Positions 60,596 to 61,462 of a stretch of 61,462 nucleotides of DNA are shown here, in pieces. How positions within the stretch are numbered: the first letter of the stretch is position 1; every line of letters starts with the position of its first letter. The notes beneath the pieces are model-generated. The model searched no databases, was not told where the DNA came from, and was given only the letters and a program-made list of their open reading frames with translations. The stretch is from Negativicoccus succinicivorans (lineage in GTDB: Bacteria > Bacillota > Negativicutes > Veillonellales > Negativicoccaceae): the NCBI RefSeq assembly GCF_018373335.1, contig NZ_JAHAHH010000001.1, positions 1 to 61,462 on the forward strand. Reading direction: 5' to 3'. The position numbers were made by a program, and so were the translations under genes.

Positions 60596-60629
60596 GCAAA
60601 AAGGACGGGAAAACTCCCGTCCTTTTTGC
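60596..60629. terminator. Bidirectional intrinsic terminator
   Basis: GCAAAAAGGACGGGA-AAAC-TCCCGTCCTTTTTGC. Confidence 0.8.
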
Positions 60630-60733
60630 TTACATATTTTATTATTAATAATGATGCTTTCCGAACCTACAGGATTATATTTTTACGCGTTACAGAGCAT
60701 GGCACGGATTTTATCGGGAACTTGATTTCCGAC

Positions 60734-61462
60734 TTACTTTTCTAAAAAGGAACGTATCTCCGTGACGGTTGCTTCATTAATTTCGGAAACGTCTTTTTGT
60801 TGTTCCGCATCCAGCATCTCGCGAATAAATGCTTGCTGTTGATGCAAATCTCGCGTTTCCGTTTCCGTTAACGGTCGTGACCATTCGTGATCAATAGCGG
60901 CCGTGATTTCATCCGGATTGTTTTGGGAACGGAAAAGTTCTCCGGCGCGGTTGCATACGACGATTTCGTTGAAACATTTCGTGTCCGCCAGATAAATAAG
61001 ATTTTCTTTTAACTGCGAAACCACTAAATCATGGTGCTTTTTATCCACGGTGCGGGCATTGTCTTGCTGCAATCCTTGAAACAGTCTTGTCATGGTACCG
61101 GTGAAGCTGACTTCCGGCTTCATCGCCATGACATACAGATCGACTTCATATCTGTTCGCGCGCAAGCGGTTCGCGGTTCGTTCGGGCACTTCCGTTGTCC
61201 GCAGCGTTCCCTCAATCAGCAAGTTGTATTTTTCTTTTGCCAGCCGCTCAATTAATGCTTCCGTGATCGCGCCCGACCATTGGGCGGTGTGTTTCGGGTG
61301 ATCCGATCCGTATTCTCTTTGAATTTCCGTGTAATGCGGATGCGAATCGCGAAACTCGTCGGTATTCAGAAATATAAAGTTATTATCTTTACGATTGACG
61401 AGTTTCACAATGCTGCTTTTGCCGCTCCCGGGTTGCCCGCCGGTGAGAATGGCGCGCGGGTT
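60734..61462 (-). CDS. Zeta toxin (PezT-like) family P-loop kinase, 5' end beyond window
   Basis: Frame stays open to the window end: NPRAILTGGQPGSGKS Walker A, NTDEFRDSHPHY, IEGTLRT. Confidence 0.88.
   Translation of the reverse strand, partial: NPRAILTGGQPGSGKSSIVKLVNRKDNNFIFLNTDEFRDSHPHYTEIQREYGSDHPKHTAQWSGAITEALIERLAKEKYNLLIEGTLRTTEVPERTANRLRANRYEVDLYVMAMKPEVSFTGTMTRLFQGLQQDNARTVDKKHHDLVVSQLKENLIYLADTKCFNEIVVCNRAGELFRSQNNPDEITAAIDHEWSRPLTETETRDLHQQQAFIREMLDAEQQKDVSEINEATVTEIRSFLEK

Larger units (their letters stand above)
49720..61462. mobile_element. AT-richer accessory toxin island (decayed plasmid/ICE-derived mosaic), continues past window end
   Basis: Abrupt compositional shift after the gyrA terminator; only TA-type genes, gene fragments and plasmid-like cis sites; no integrase visible in the window. 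Confidence 0.7.

Overview
Chromosomal replication-origin region of a diderm Firmicute. The Negativicutes (Veillonellaceae-like) assignment is inferred from Firmicute-type oriC synteny plus an OmpH/Skp gene. Bases 1-22 kb hold the parB-parA-rsmG-mnmG-mnmE-jag-yidC-yidD-rnpA-rpmH / dnaA-oriC-dnaN-yaaA-recF-dciA-gyrB block, with a PPK2 gene and brnQ inserted and two parS sites. Bases 22-49.7 kb hold transport and metabolic genes: an RND pump, a fluoride-riboswitch antiporter, c-di-AMP-riboswitch kimA, panD-panC-panS, dinB and a WYL regulator. This stretch also has a strong DnaA-box cluster about 18 kb from oriC and ends with a displaced gyrA. From about 49.7 kb to the window end lies an AT-richer accessory island packed with toxin-type enzymes: five HipA-superfamily kinases, an AbiEii fusion, Fic, MNT, a zeta toxin and a possible type I TA locus. 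The most notable feature is an array of CtkA/HipA-like kinases interleaved with small helical proteins from two related groups, one fused to a kinase. These are candidate antitoxin or immunity partners, and the spacers carry scars of deleted Fic, resolvase, kinase and partner genes. All calls come from reading motifs by eye; no database searches were run.
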